From the NCBI GenBank assembly GCA_020137815.1, contig CM035360.1:3038001-3102000 (forward strand): DNA of 64,000 bases, read 5' to 3'. Below, piece by piece: positions 25,601 through 37,292 of this stretch (the first letter of the stretch is position 1; the number at the start of each line of letters is the position of its first letter). The DNA is from Hormiphora californensis. Its lineage: Eukaryota; Animalia; Ctenophora. Made by a program: the position numbers and the translations under genes. The notes under the pieces are model-generated. The model saw only the letters and a list, made by a program, of their open reading frames with translations. It made no database searches and was not told the origin of the DNA.

Positions 25601-28600
25601 CATATTGATAATAGTGTGTACTAAAAAATAAACAGTAGAATGAGGTTTAACAAAGTCCAAATTTTTAATTAAGCGGCAGGCCGCTGCACATCAAAATGCA
25701 GCGCATGAAATTTATTTCCGGTTCCTGATAAGATAGAGACTCGTCATTGGTCGCATTGGAAAGATTTTTTTTTCTTTCTAACGCGACCAGGATCTTATCA
25801 GGAACCGGAGATATGGCCAATTTATTGTGAAAAAGTTAAAACGGGAACATTTATAAATCATAACGAGCTCATAGGGCTCCACCAACAGGGTAAAAACCCG
25901 CGGTTACAGGCGGCACCCTCAGGACACACTTAACAGTCTTATAAAATTACTATACGGTAATTTTGTAAAATACACACAGAAACACAAGTCCATGAAAATC
26001 TCTCAGCCCGTGCTGTCTCCCAAACACTGCCATCGTGTACACCGAAGAGTTGGGCAGGCGAGGGTGAGTTGACGAGTTGACGAAGATGTGTTGCAGCTGG
26101 TATGCCGCAGGATACAGGTAGAGGTCAAAACCACTGAGCGCATGTATATGGAGGAATAACATAGGGGGGGGGGGGGTAAATAGAAATTAAACCTAGTCAC
26201 CAAGAGAGTTGAAAATGTGGCATTTGAAACGTAACAAAAGCTATCATACGAAGTAGCTTGTCTAATCTCATATGGGATAGAATTCCATGCTTTAACAGAT
26301 CGGTAGAAAAAACTGTCACGGAAAGTACTGGTGCAAGGGTCAACAGTACACTTGATAGTTGTAGTATCGACCCCGTCAACAATATCTTTATTCAGTCTAG
26401 ACCTGTATGAGTAATCCGTAGGGAGAATCACTGCGCTGGCAAGCGCAAAGGTGACCATCCCCTCCCAGCCGCGCGTGCCAGAATGCAGTAATAACTTTCG
26501 TTTGTTTTTAGCCAAAAATGGCATTTTGCGACGCCCATAGCGAGACTCCCACTGCACCAATCAGTCTGAAATTTGGTATACAGTGTCACATAGCCTAGAT
26601 CTACTGTAGTTTAAAAGGGCAAGTCTCTATCTTATTTAGTTTTAGAGATATGGCATCGTGAAAAAAGCAATAAGTGTCCCGGGTCTATCTATCTATGTAT
26701 CTATGAATCTAATCTCGCTATAATGCAATGCTCCTTCAATTTATTTGTTGTAGAGCTCTCTTGTGGATCTGAGGACACGTACGACATCTGGTTTTGAGGA
26801 ACAATGATCAAAATGGAATACAGATTACACACTCCAAGAAAGGGAAATGGTTGACGTACTTTGAAACTGGGGAATCTAGAGGTCCAAGATACGAAGATGT
26901 GACGTGAAATGGAGCTACTAATTCTAACTAGGAACGTTTGACTGACTGGTTTTATGAAGGAGTCATACTTTATCACAATTCATTCTCATTTTGATCTTTG
27001 TCTACTGATGATTGGTGCCTCCTCGTGGGGCACCATGAAACATGTGTATAGACCTTAAAAACTGCTGTTGTTTTTAATTTGTATATCTATGAATCTATGT
27101 ATCTATGGATAGACGCTGTTTTACCAAATTTATAATCGTTTTTGAGAGAAAACGACATAAGATAGACACTTCTCGTTTGTTGCATTCGAAAGATAATCGT
27201 TTGAATTGTGTAGACGAATAGTTTTCATATTCTAGGTCCAACCAGAACGTCTTAACAAACTGTCATAAAGATAAGACATTTTCAAATCAACCAAATTTCT
27301 TTGAGCTCAATTTACACCTGAAGACGGCTTCTGATTGAGAAACGGAGACCACACAGATAATCGTCTAACTTTCAGAAACTATACCGCGAATTTGTGAAAC
27401 TCTAGGTCTAAGGTCTCAAATCGCGTCTGAAGTGTTAAGACTGTATGAAAATAGATATGACGATAGTACGTTTTTCACCATAGCGACCTCAAATCTAGTC
27501 CAATCGATCTCAAACTTGGTCAGCCTATTTATCTAGATGAGCATAATAATAATACTCCCTGGCATGACGTTATAACGTCGTGACGTCACGCTATGACGTC
27601 ACAATGACGTCAAAATTGAAATTTTCTTGTACTTTAGCGATTCCTGAGGTCTTTACACGTTCTGCTACGTCTAGACATGTCTTACATCGTATTTCACATC
27701 AGAAAATACCAAAAATATACCCCAATTATGCCAAAAACTAACAGAAATTAGTTGGCTGGAAAGGTGACCACTTTTGTTGTCAAACTGACACCTTTGCCCG
27801 GCCCGGGTTACGGATATCATCGATTGGGTAAATCAGGGGGTAAATCAGGAATTTTGAGAAAGAGATATAGGGAGGAAGAGTGATAGAGAGAGAGATAGAG
27901 AGAGCTAAAGAGATAGAAATCAGAGAGGGAAAAATAATGATGAAACCCGGAGAGGGCCAAGGTGTCAGTTTGACAACAAAAGTGGTCACCTTTCCAGCCA
28001 ACTAATTTCTGTTAGTTTTTGGCATATATAACAAATATAACCCGGGAGGCCGTACGGAGCTAGGCCATGGATAATCTTGAATAAAAGTTTCATATCGTTG
28101 AAATAAAATTGCTCACGAATGGGTAAAATACGAAGAGTCACTAGTTTATCGTAATAATCACGCTCACTCCAATTATCAAGGGGCTAACACCATACACCCA
28201 CTTAATGCATCTTTTTTGAGCAGCCTCCAGATCATTGAGAACACCCACGTGGTGTGGGGTCCAGATTGGAGAGCAGTGCTCAAAAAATGAGCGCACCAGG
28301 GTAACATAGAGGGTACGTTTTTGGTGTGGGTTTACAATCATATACATAGTTCTACGTAATAAGTTAAACTGTCAGTAAACTTACCAAGAATGTACTGACA
28401 ATGGTACCTCCAGTCGAGATCCCGGCATACATAGATACCGAGATCTCGCTGAATATCCACATTATCGAGCACAACTCCGCAAGTTTGTAGGAGTAAAGAT
28501 AGAAAGGTAGGCTGACTCCAAGTGGCAACCAATAGCTCGTTCGGGTAGAGACTACCTTACACTTACCGGGTGAAACACATCTTATTGGCAACTGCCCAAG

Positions 28601-31600
28601 ATTGTAGACAATCTACTGTGAACTGCAAATCCAAGTGTTCCTGCAGGCAGGCAACCTTACTCCATACTTTCAGGTCATCTGCATACAACAGCATTTTGGT
28701 GTTACCTACGAGGCACTCAGTGATGTCGTCAATAAACATAACAAATAGAAGCGGCCCTAGACAAACTACCCTGGGGAACACCACTAAGAACAGAGAGAAA
28801 AGAAGAAAAACACCCTCCTACAACCACTCTTTGAGTTCTACCCATGTTGTTGTTGTTGTTGTATGCGCCTCCGCTTCCAATCCTCTACTTGTGATTTTAT
28901 CCCGTCAGGTAGCCAGTTCCTCACGCCCGAGAAGGACGGAGCTCAGGTTCCAGAGTTTCCTCTTTCCCCGGAGATGTTTTTCCTCGTCTTATGTCATGGT
29001 TTTGGAGATAAGGGTGGAATCGTCTCCATAACTATCTTAACAGGTCCATGAAGAGGACCGCACCAGCACTGTTTTCACATTGTGCCAGTCTCGGATATCT
29101 CCAGCGACCCTTGGTGAGTGGCATCTCAGCATTGATCGCTCTAGATGTGGCCTTGGCTAGGACAATTCGGACGCTCCATTGACTATGGCACCTTTGTAGA
29201 TTTTGCGCTGCCAACCTCTGATTTGTAATCAGTACTCCATGTGGGTTCATGGAACATCACTTTTTGTTCGTGATGCAGATGCAGCGTCCGGCCGTTCATG
29301 GGGTAGTTTAGGGCAGGTTCCTTCCCAATTAACGGAACTCTGGCGTGTGAAATGTTTAGTGGGTTAGGTATCTATGTGCGTCACTCATAGAAATTTGTTT
29401 TGTAGCATGGGATAGTGTGTTTGTTCTGTTTGTTGATCAGGTTTTTGTGGAGGCTTGTTTGTTGGTAGAGAATGATGATGTTGTGTTGTTACCTTCATCG
29501 TTTGGGGGGTAATCGCCATTTGGGATCTCCTACGCTTCTCATGGACTTTTGAAGAAGCGTAGGTAGTAGCGAGGCTACTGGTTTGTGTAGTTTCTCCTGT
29601 TGGGCTACGGAAACACCCCTTGAGTTTATCGACCTCGGCGTGGGAATTTTGCCGAGAGTCGGTGGTAGCTAACCAGTTATGACCTAGCTTGTTAGACCTT
29701 TTATACCTGTCAGAGGCTAGGTGGACAGAAGGTAGAGGAAGGCCAGTTGAGATTAGACCTCCTCCAGCCTGGACTTTTGCTGAGAGACGGTTTTGGCCGG
29801 TATTTAGCCATCTACTTTGGCCCAGTGCACAAGGCTGGGGAGATGGGTGTAATACCGGCCGGGGGTATCTCTATTCAGAGAGAGATGAGTCATGAGCGGA
29901 TTAGAGAAAGGAAGAGAGAAAACACACCACCCAAGGAGGGCAGCTCTGTTTCCTTGGAGTGGTATGTGAGATGCTCCAGGTAGTTCAAGAGCTTCATGGT
30001 TTACCCCGGGGTATGCCGGGTCACCCCTGAAGATTCCCTGCCTGGTCTGTAGGACACTATTGCTATCTAAAAAAATAGACATTAGCCGCGGCCTGCATCT
30101 CAAGGGCGTGGGAAGGAATCTCACCCTCCAAGTTCTACCCATAAGATACACCCTGATTAATCCCAGAAGAAGAATAATTCCACTATATTAACCTTTTGGG
30201 TATTTGCAAGATCGGGGCACCGGGGGCCAATTAACGAATTTAGTGAGTGGCGGCCTGTCACTTAAATAAAAAATTCGACTACATATATTGTTATTTTCTA
30301 ATCCTCTAAAATATTTGTCGCGGGGTGCGGTAAAGAGGGTCGAGCAAGGCAATAAAAAGCCCTCATGCTTGCGGCTATATAATCCTATTGAGTCAATGTG
30401 TATTATATTGACTGTATCACAATAAAGCAACATCACAATACATTTGGGGGGCTCTCAATTCTATCGGAGTGCTACTTTGAACTTTGAAACTTAATTCTTC
30501 GCTCCGGTAGAAAAATAAAAGGAATGTATTATATACAGATCTATCGTGCCATATGCGTCAACCATTATATTATCCACCTATAACATAAAAAGAGTTTGAG
30601 GAATACACGCACACAAGATTTTTTGTATTTTCTCCGTACCGGGGTGCCGAAACTCTTAATTAAACCTCTCATTCATATCGCAAAGGATGATTGGTGGCGC
30701 CGTCACCTCTCTACAACTCAGCCCGCAGGCCGCGGGAGTTGTAAGGGTGACTGCTACTAAAAAGGAGGAGATAATGAAGTTTTAATCCGGCTACCAGGGG
30801 CTGAAAAACTATCTTAAGTCAGATTTTGTGAAGTTGTCATGTCACCCCAACCAAACGTCGAATTTTGTGATATTTTTCACTTATTAACGTGCACACCACA
30901 CGTTAACATGTGATAGGCGTGCAAAAAAAACGAGCACACGAGAGGGAGGGAGGGGGGTTACAACTTTATCCTTCCCTAAAATCTCACTCGACAGTTACCT
31001 GTGTACTCTATCTCATGTCACTCGACAACCCAGTTACCTGTGTACTCTATCCTCGGCCTGTTGCAGAACACCTGGTGACCAATGGAGCTCACAGAATACC
31101 ACCACGCTCGCTGCAGTAAGGGTGAGACCCACCCCTGCCGCCTGAATCCCGAGTAGGGCCACCCTGCAACTCTCACTGTTCTGAAAGACATAGTTGTTAT
31201 CAAAATGGAAGGAGATCTTCTGAAAGACATAGTTGTTATCAAAATGGAAGGAGATCTTCCCATGTGATATTGGGCAGGGGCGACCCACAATTTTCAGCTC
31301 CTGATCAGTAGAGCTAGGACAGTCGGGCCCTGGGGTCTGAGGAACAATATTAACAGTATGAACGGAGTGTGATTTTAATGAACAGTCACCTCAGGTTCCT
31401 ATACAAACCTGGAATGTAGTGACGTGTTGTTGTTCCTATACAAACCTGGGAATGTAGTGACGTGTTGTTGTCGTTGTGCCGCCCCCACACTCCCATCTAT
31501 CCGCATGTACCCGGTACGAGATGCTATCAGCTCTCTTTCCACTGCATCCAACATGGCTATGTGATGAGCAAATACCAGAAATTTCACCTTCTGTTTTAGT

Positions 31601-34600
31601 ACTTCTTTGACGTATTCGACACATGCTGGGATCTGCAAGCGGGATAGTAGTATGTTTTAAAATCATGTTTGTCGTGGGGTTGTATTGTTCAACTGACGTG
31701 AGATTTAAACGAATGTTGTCAGGCACTGACTGTAACATCGCACACGCTGCGGCCTCATGTAGCCGCACCGGAGAAGACAGTCTTATGTGAGACGAAACGA
31801 ATATGTTACCTTCGCCTCTCCAGTTAGTTTGTATAGTTCCATGATGTTTTTATTTATCAGGAACTCATTCTTGCCAGTACTGTCCGAACTTTGTAATTCA
31901 TTCAACTCCAATTTAACCTTTTCTATCTCACGCAAGCTTTTTAACTACACAGGGGGGATAAGGGAGTTGGTTACGAAAGAACCCCTCGTGGAGCGTGCTT
32001 CGTGCACCGGCAAGGGATGGGTAACTTCCTTAAGAGAGGGAGTGTGTGTGTGTGTCGTGTACCTCCCGTACTTCCACCCACTTGCTGTCGTTGGGGAGCA
32101 GCGTTCCCTTGATTTCACAATTCTCTCCTCAGGTCACAACACACATGGCTGCCCAGAGCGCCGTGCTCGATCTCCCGGTCAGGTCCCACCAAGGTAGCGC
32201 CGGGTTTCCCCGGTACCCCTAGTAGTACCCTTCCATTGGAAGACACGAGTCGACAGACGAGAACTGTTTCGATAAAGAGCATGAAGGTCACCACCAACAG
32301 CAGGCGCACTAGTACTACTGTACCAGTCTTACGGTACTGGGTTCTCCCAGAATAGGTTAAATCGCCGAACGATAGTGCGCGTTCATCTTCACCATGATGA
32401 GGCCACATTTGTGCACTACCACCTGCCTGTTTCCAGGCGTGTACCTCTGATCGGGTACAGTGGTAGGGTTCGGTCCATCGAGTCGTCATAGCAGCTATGA
32501 TCGAGTCGACCCAGGTGGCGCTGTCTTTTTTTGTTTTGCCGATCTAGCTGTGGGGGGCCAGTCCAAAGGCTAGTGACTTGGTTGTATTGCGCTTTTGCTA
32601 GTTGCGGATTTGCTTCTGCCGTGATGGTTTCAACAGACTCTACCTGATGAGATCAGGACTTTGCCAGTGTGCACTTTTAAACTACCGTTAGTATAGAATC
32701 ATTTTGGTGGTAGCGTTATGTTTATTTGAATAGACCGATTTGGTGACTACATTGGTGAGTTTCCTTAGTTCTAGTGGCTCGTCTTCATTGTATATGTTTT
32801 CTTTGATGTTTTGATACTCTTGGGTGTATCTGAGGTGGTCAAGGTCAGGACAGTTTAGTAGTTTGTGTTTGGAGTTTTCTCTTTCCCCACATAACTCACA
32901 GTTGGGTTTTATGGAAGGGTCTCTGTGGGAGAGGGCGCTTCCCAGGTTGTTCTGGCCAGATATGGCCAGTGTCAGACTTCTCATTGTTTCCTTGTTTTTG
33001 ATTGTTAGTTTTGTGTTTTCTTTAATAATCTTCCCGATAATCGTTGTGGTAAACTCAGAGTAATTGTTTGTCTTTAGTTCGGCGATTATACCTATCTTGT
33101 GTTGTTGTTTCAGCTTTGTCGTTATTTGACTCTTTGTTTGTCCCAGTGCATTCTGGGTGTTTTTGCTGTTTGCAGTCGCTTGTTTTGCTATTTGATCTGC
33201 CCTCTCATCATGTTTGCATGGGCCTTCACCTTTACTATTTCTACGCCATTATCTCTTTGCAGTTCGTGTATACTTCGTAGCGTTTCGGTTAGTTGTTTTG
33301 AGTTTGAGAAATTTCTTGTTAGTCTTCTCAGTGTAGTGCTAGAGTCGGTGTGGATCACTAGGTGTGACTCCTTTGTTTCCATTTCTAGTAGTTTCTTTAT
33401 TACCATATGTATTGCCAGTAGCTCTGCTTGGTTATGGTGTTTTCGGGTGCAAGGGACTCTTGAAGGATGATTTCCTGGTTATCCATGTAGATTATGGCTC
33501 CTGCCCCTGTCATGTGTGTTGAGTCTTTCTTAATTCTTGACCCATCTGTGTACGCGTTTATACTTTGTTCTTGCTCAGTTGGGAGTTTTGTTCAAAGGTT
33601 ATATCGGTGTGTTTTGTCTGGTCGATGGCATTAGGAATTTTTAGGCTTGTTAAGAGTAATTTCATCGCCTTCGAGTGCGTTAGATGCGCTCTTTTTTCGT
33701 GGAAGGGGTCTGTCCACCAGTTTCCCTCAGCCTTCAGGTGTATGTAGTTGTTGATACTTTCTTTGTTGATATGGTAGGTGACATCGTCCACTCCTGCCAT
33801 TGTGGTTAGCACTATGTGCTGAGTGTGTTCGTGTCCTCCGGTGATCCTTCGAGTGATAGAGTTCTGTGCTGCTTCCAGCTTCTTCTCTAGTGTTTGGTTT
33901 TTCAGTACTTTCTGTCCCCATATATGCCTGCCCCGTACGTCAGGGTCTTCATAAGTATATTGTCGTGAACGTATCTGCCTTGGGCTGTGCTTATTCCCCA
34001 TTTTGTTGTCATGAGGTGTCTCAGTGGTCTCGCAGATCGTTTAATTGTTTCTGTTTTATTTTGGACGTGGGATTTGTAGTTTAGGTTTTTGTCCAGGGTT
34101 ATTCCTAGATACATCGCCTGGTTTGTGACTGGGATAGTGTAGTGCTAGAGTCGGTGTGGATCACTTATAGGTGTGACTCCTTTATTCCCATTTCTAGCAG
34201 TTTCTTTATTACCAATTGTATTGCCAGTAGCTCTGCTTGATTTATGGTGCTGTTAGTTTGCCAGAATCCAGTTTCTGGTCTTTGTCATATTTGTTTTGTT
34301 GTATCGTGTATCGCCGATATTATCGGAAATTTAAATGTTTCAATATCAAGCAAAAGTGAAAAAAGATATCTATAAAGCCGCCTGACGGGATTTGAACCTG
34401 GCATCTTATGCTTCTTAGCCCAATTGTGGCCATTAGACCACGGAGCTGTTAGGTACAGTGCAATTCAGATACACTTATCCTGTGCCGAGATTAGAAATGT
34501 GGCAGAGGTTCCCCAGGGGCTCCTGGCCCTACTCGGTTTTTCAAGAAAGTTCACCGGCCAGATTCTGGCCCGCCGGTGCCTGTTATTGGAGCAACAGGAG

Positions 34601-37022
34601 CCCTTGCACAAAGCTTTATTGGCACTTGAGTAATGTTGGTATATATTTACAAGTGTTATCGTGTTGGTCGTAGGGCAGGATTCCCTCAATTTGTGTTAAT
34701 ACATTTGTTACAGTTGGCCGCACTTAATTGATCCATCAGGCCCAGGATCGCGGCTACGGGACCTATCCCTGGCCTTTCCCCAGAGAGACCTCCCTCCCCG
34801 GGTCCTTCCTGTGAAGGACCCGCAGCACCCACCCCCCATGAGATTAGGCCCTAGGCTGCCACAGGGAGTCAGAAAATCCTGTCACCTGACTCCCCCCGCA
34901 GAAGAGAGGGAGTAATGATGACTAAGAATTTAGAATACACACATGTATTGAACAAGCTGAATACTGCAGTATTGGTGGCTGTTTCTTTGATCAGTGACAT
35001 CAAACATTGCAATTGAGTCGCTTGACACAATTCAACATTGCAATAGGAGTGTTAATCAATCAAGAAAATTACCGGAAGATCAAAAGATATCTTCTGCCGT
35101 TGTTTCGGCGGAAGTTGGGTTAGAACTTGGTCCTTAAGTCGTCTTATCATGATATCTTTAGTCAGACGAGAATGTAACTCCTCTAAATTACTCGATCCGC
35201 TAACATCGTACCTCTTAATCCGATAGTTGTAATGACCTGGAAATTTGGGGGGTCAATTAATTGGGAGGGGGGGGGGGGGGGGGCGGTCAACTAATGGAGC
35301 CCTCATTCGCCCAAATGTTTCGGACCACATGGCTTTCATATAATACGTAATCGTTTATAAAGATTAACAATGAACCCCTCCCCCTCCAACCCGAACACCA
35401 TGTGTATTTGAGCTCACCGTTACAGTAGCGCTGGCAGTATTCAGTGTAAGCACCACACATTCCAGGTCGAACAGCACTGATCAAGGTGTATAGCTGAAGA
35501 GATTTACATTTCATGACATTGCTACAGTTGATACTTCGTTGTACTAGTATTTGATGAAAGTCATACCATAGCTTAGTGCAGATCCTATCTTTTCTGGATG
35601 TTCACCCTAGTAACTCTTCCCTCCCTACTAAGTACCTACCTCTTCTGGGCGTGCCAGGAAATACTGGTCCCTGATTGGCTGATAACCAGTCACGTGACCT
35701 AAATAACGAGTTCTGATTGGTTGTTTACCTCTTCTGGGCGTGCCAGGGCAGGGGTTCCACTGATCAGTATCCTTCTATTGGCACTCTTCAGAAGTTCCAG
35801 CAGATTCTTTGTTCTCTGGCTTTTCCAGTTCTATAACAAAAGAGGGGAAATAAAGTCCCCGACAATTGTGATCAAGGTGCCGTGAAACGAGCTTGTAGAA
35901 AAGTTTTAGTAGGTCGAGTTTGATTCACTCGATCGAGAGAGACCGGGTATTTCGAGAGTTGACCATCATATGCAATGCATAATATTATGCATACCTTCAG
36001 ATAGTGTGCTTCATCGCAGACAATTACACGAAAAGTTATCTTCTGACTCTTGAGGAGGGTGTAGAACCGTTTGTACTGGAATAACCCGTACGATACAACC
36101 GCTACCTTGCACTTGTTTAAGTTCCTGGCAGATTGTGGCTTATAGTAAGGGGGTAACAAGCTAATTCAAGTTCCTATAAAGGGGATGATTGTGGCTTAGA
36201 GAGGAAACACTATTTGTTTTAGGATTAGCCATTAGGTTCCTAACTTATCTAGGGTAGTAGAGAGTGTGGCTTAGATGATAGCAGTGGCACAGCCATTCTG
36301 CAAGAGCGCCACCAACAACTCACGGAACGTCCTCTGCACAGCTAACAAGGTGAATGAGATCGGGAGTTAGTTGGGGTAGCCATCTCTGCAGCTCTTCTAA
36401 CCACACATACTTCAGACTACTGGGTACAACCACTAACATGGGCCACTCATCCTCGTAACACACGGACAGTCCTGAGGGAGAGGGGACCGATTAGCAAACG
36501 AACAATCGATCCTGAGAAAGAGGGGACGATTAGCAAACGGACAATCGATCCTGAGAAAGAGGGGGCGATTAGCAAACGGACCGACGACCGTCCTAAAGAA
36601 GTGAAGGCGATTATAATCTTTAGCAGGGTTGAAAGATTTAGTCAAGTATTTAATAAAGAGGGTATTATCGTTGTTAGAAACACAAACCTATCGCCTGTAG
36701 AGTTTTCCCTAGACCCATCTCATCAGAAAGAAGGCAGGAACCATTATGCTGAAATCCAAACAGTATCCCCTCCCTTTGGAATGGAAGGAGACATTCCCTG
36801 AGCCGTTTTGGTAACTTTTTCAGCGCCTCCTCACCCTCCTATGTGGATCAGTCAGCTGAGTTAACCAAAACAATTGGCAAAATGAGACATGGCAAAGAAA
36901 TGAATAATGATGAATTTCGAAAAATCAAAAAGTATATTACTAACCAGGTAATGCTGGGCTGCTTGCCGGCAGATTTCATCCGTTACACTGTCATCAAGCA
37001 GCAGCGAATCGTCATCCGACAT
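17402..37022 (-). CDS. ZRANB3: ZRANB3-like annealing helicase / HNH endonuclease, about 17 exons; two apparent +1 frameshifts (about 31449 and 18720) and one GC-AG intron (18088-18368)
   Basis: Motifs [108 protein letters not shown], the HNH domain [25 protein letters not shown] and a C-terminal DIRQFL. Confidence 0.92.
17844..17976. mobile_element. MITE family C (TA-flanked, Tc1/mariner-pogo type), starting a few nt inside a ZRANB3 donor
   Basis: TA|CAGTCGG...CCGACTG|TA with repeated CCCCGATTTA. Confidence 0.8.
18222..18330 (+). mobile_element. MITE family A, full length
   Basis: Both TIRs present; 38 nt from the GC donor. Confidence 0.9.
18873..18951 (-). mobile_element. MITE family B with 9-bp TSD GCTACGAGA
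   Basis: Reverse-complement homolog of 9474-9556; perfect 9-bp direct repeat at 18864-18872 and 18952-18960. Confidence 0.85.
19869..20159. mobile_element. Non-autonomous TIR element with an array of CTCG..CTCG motifs
   Basis: Imperfect TIR ATTTTATTATGCCT..GTTGTACCTGA / TCAGGTACAAC..AGGCATAATAAAAT; five CTCGCAGGCTCG or CTCGACC..GGTCTCG motifs. Confidence 0.6.
20172..20275 (+). mobile_element. MITE family A, near full length
   Basis: Same sequence as the other copies; 13 nt from a ZRANB3 donor. Confidence 0.88.
22560..25577 (-). pseudogene. Frameshifted LDLa-repeat GPCR (GRL101/LGR-like), nested in a ZRANB3 intron on the same strand
   Basis: Signal peptide [13 protein letters not shown]; Cys-rich LDLa modules ([30 protein letters not shown]); TM6 [23 protein letters not shown]; TM7 [14 protein letters not shown]. 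Many frame breaks and no obvious introns. Confidence 0.85.
26490..28027. mobile_element. Non-coding interspersed element (Helentron/DINE-like?) with a (CTAT)n tract and an inverted repeat of about 80 bp
   Basis: Interrupts the LINE frame; CTGAAATTTGGTATA motif; TCTA microsatellite; 27727-27810 is inverted at 27945-28027. The family call is tentative. Confidence 0.4.
27000..27053 (+). ncRNA. Type I hammerhead ribozyme motif (second family)
   Basis: GUCUA-CUGAUGA-u-UGGUGCC(UCCUCGUGG)GGCACCA-u-GAA-AC(AUGU)GU-A/UAGAC, with a GUA cleavage triplet. Confidence 0.72.
31967..32030 (+). mobile_element. Degenerate MITE family B copy
   Basis: TTGGTTACGAAAG...GCTTCGTGCACCGGCAAGGGATGGGTAACTTC. Confidence 0.6.
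32060..34915 (-). mobile_element. Degraded RNase H-containing LINE (I/R1/Tad/LOA-type) in a ZRANB3 intron
   Basis: [16 protein letters not shown] (RT thumb); AYTDGS, AELLAI, VIHTDS and KVKAH (RNase H); C-terminal zinc knuckle [18 protein letters not shown]. Frameshifted. Confidence 0.85.
34378..34447 (-). mobile_element. tRNA-derived SINE head or tRNA pseudogene
   Basis: Minus strand has an A-box TGGTCTAATGG and a B-box GGTTCAAATCC at tRNA-like spacing; no clean cloverleaf. Confidence 0.55.
35655..35728 (+). mobile_element. MITE family A internal fragment forming a ZRANB3 splice donor
   Basis: On the minus strand the exon ends GAAGAG|GTAAACAACCAATCAG, which is element sequence; the exon end is duplicated on the other side. 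Confidence 0.8.
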
Positions 37023-37292
37023 TTGACATCTCTCTAAAAATGATGTTTAGTTGTTTTATTTGGTGCAGAGGAATCATCGCGCGTCATGTGTAAAATGGAG
37101 GGGTCGCGCGAGGGTCATAACAGAGCTTACACCGCGCGTTACGTAAAGTAGTCCCATCGAAGAGTCTGGAGTCACTATGCGGAATTACAGGGAGTGTAAA
37201 TTATTATTGGGCCAACTCGGAGTTGGGAGTTATCTTAGAACAAAACAATGGGATCCTTGACTAGAATTGGCGAGTATTACAATCAATAATGC

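Larger units (their letters stand above)
26190..28790 (-). mobile_element. CR1/L2-group LINE 3' portion, degraded and interrupted by an insertion at about 26490-28027
   Basis: RT motifs [43 protein letters not shown] and [14 protein letters not shown]. Confidence 0.85.

Noticed and set aside
28800-30950. Cys/His-containing broken frames and a possible TTAA-flanked element
   Set aside because: Too degraded to assign; no matching TIR pair found.
34378-34447. Functional tRNA gene
   Set aside because: A and B boxes are present but the acceptor and anticodon stems do not form; reported as SINE-like instead.
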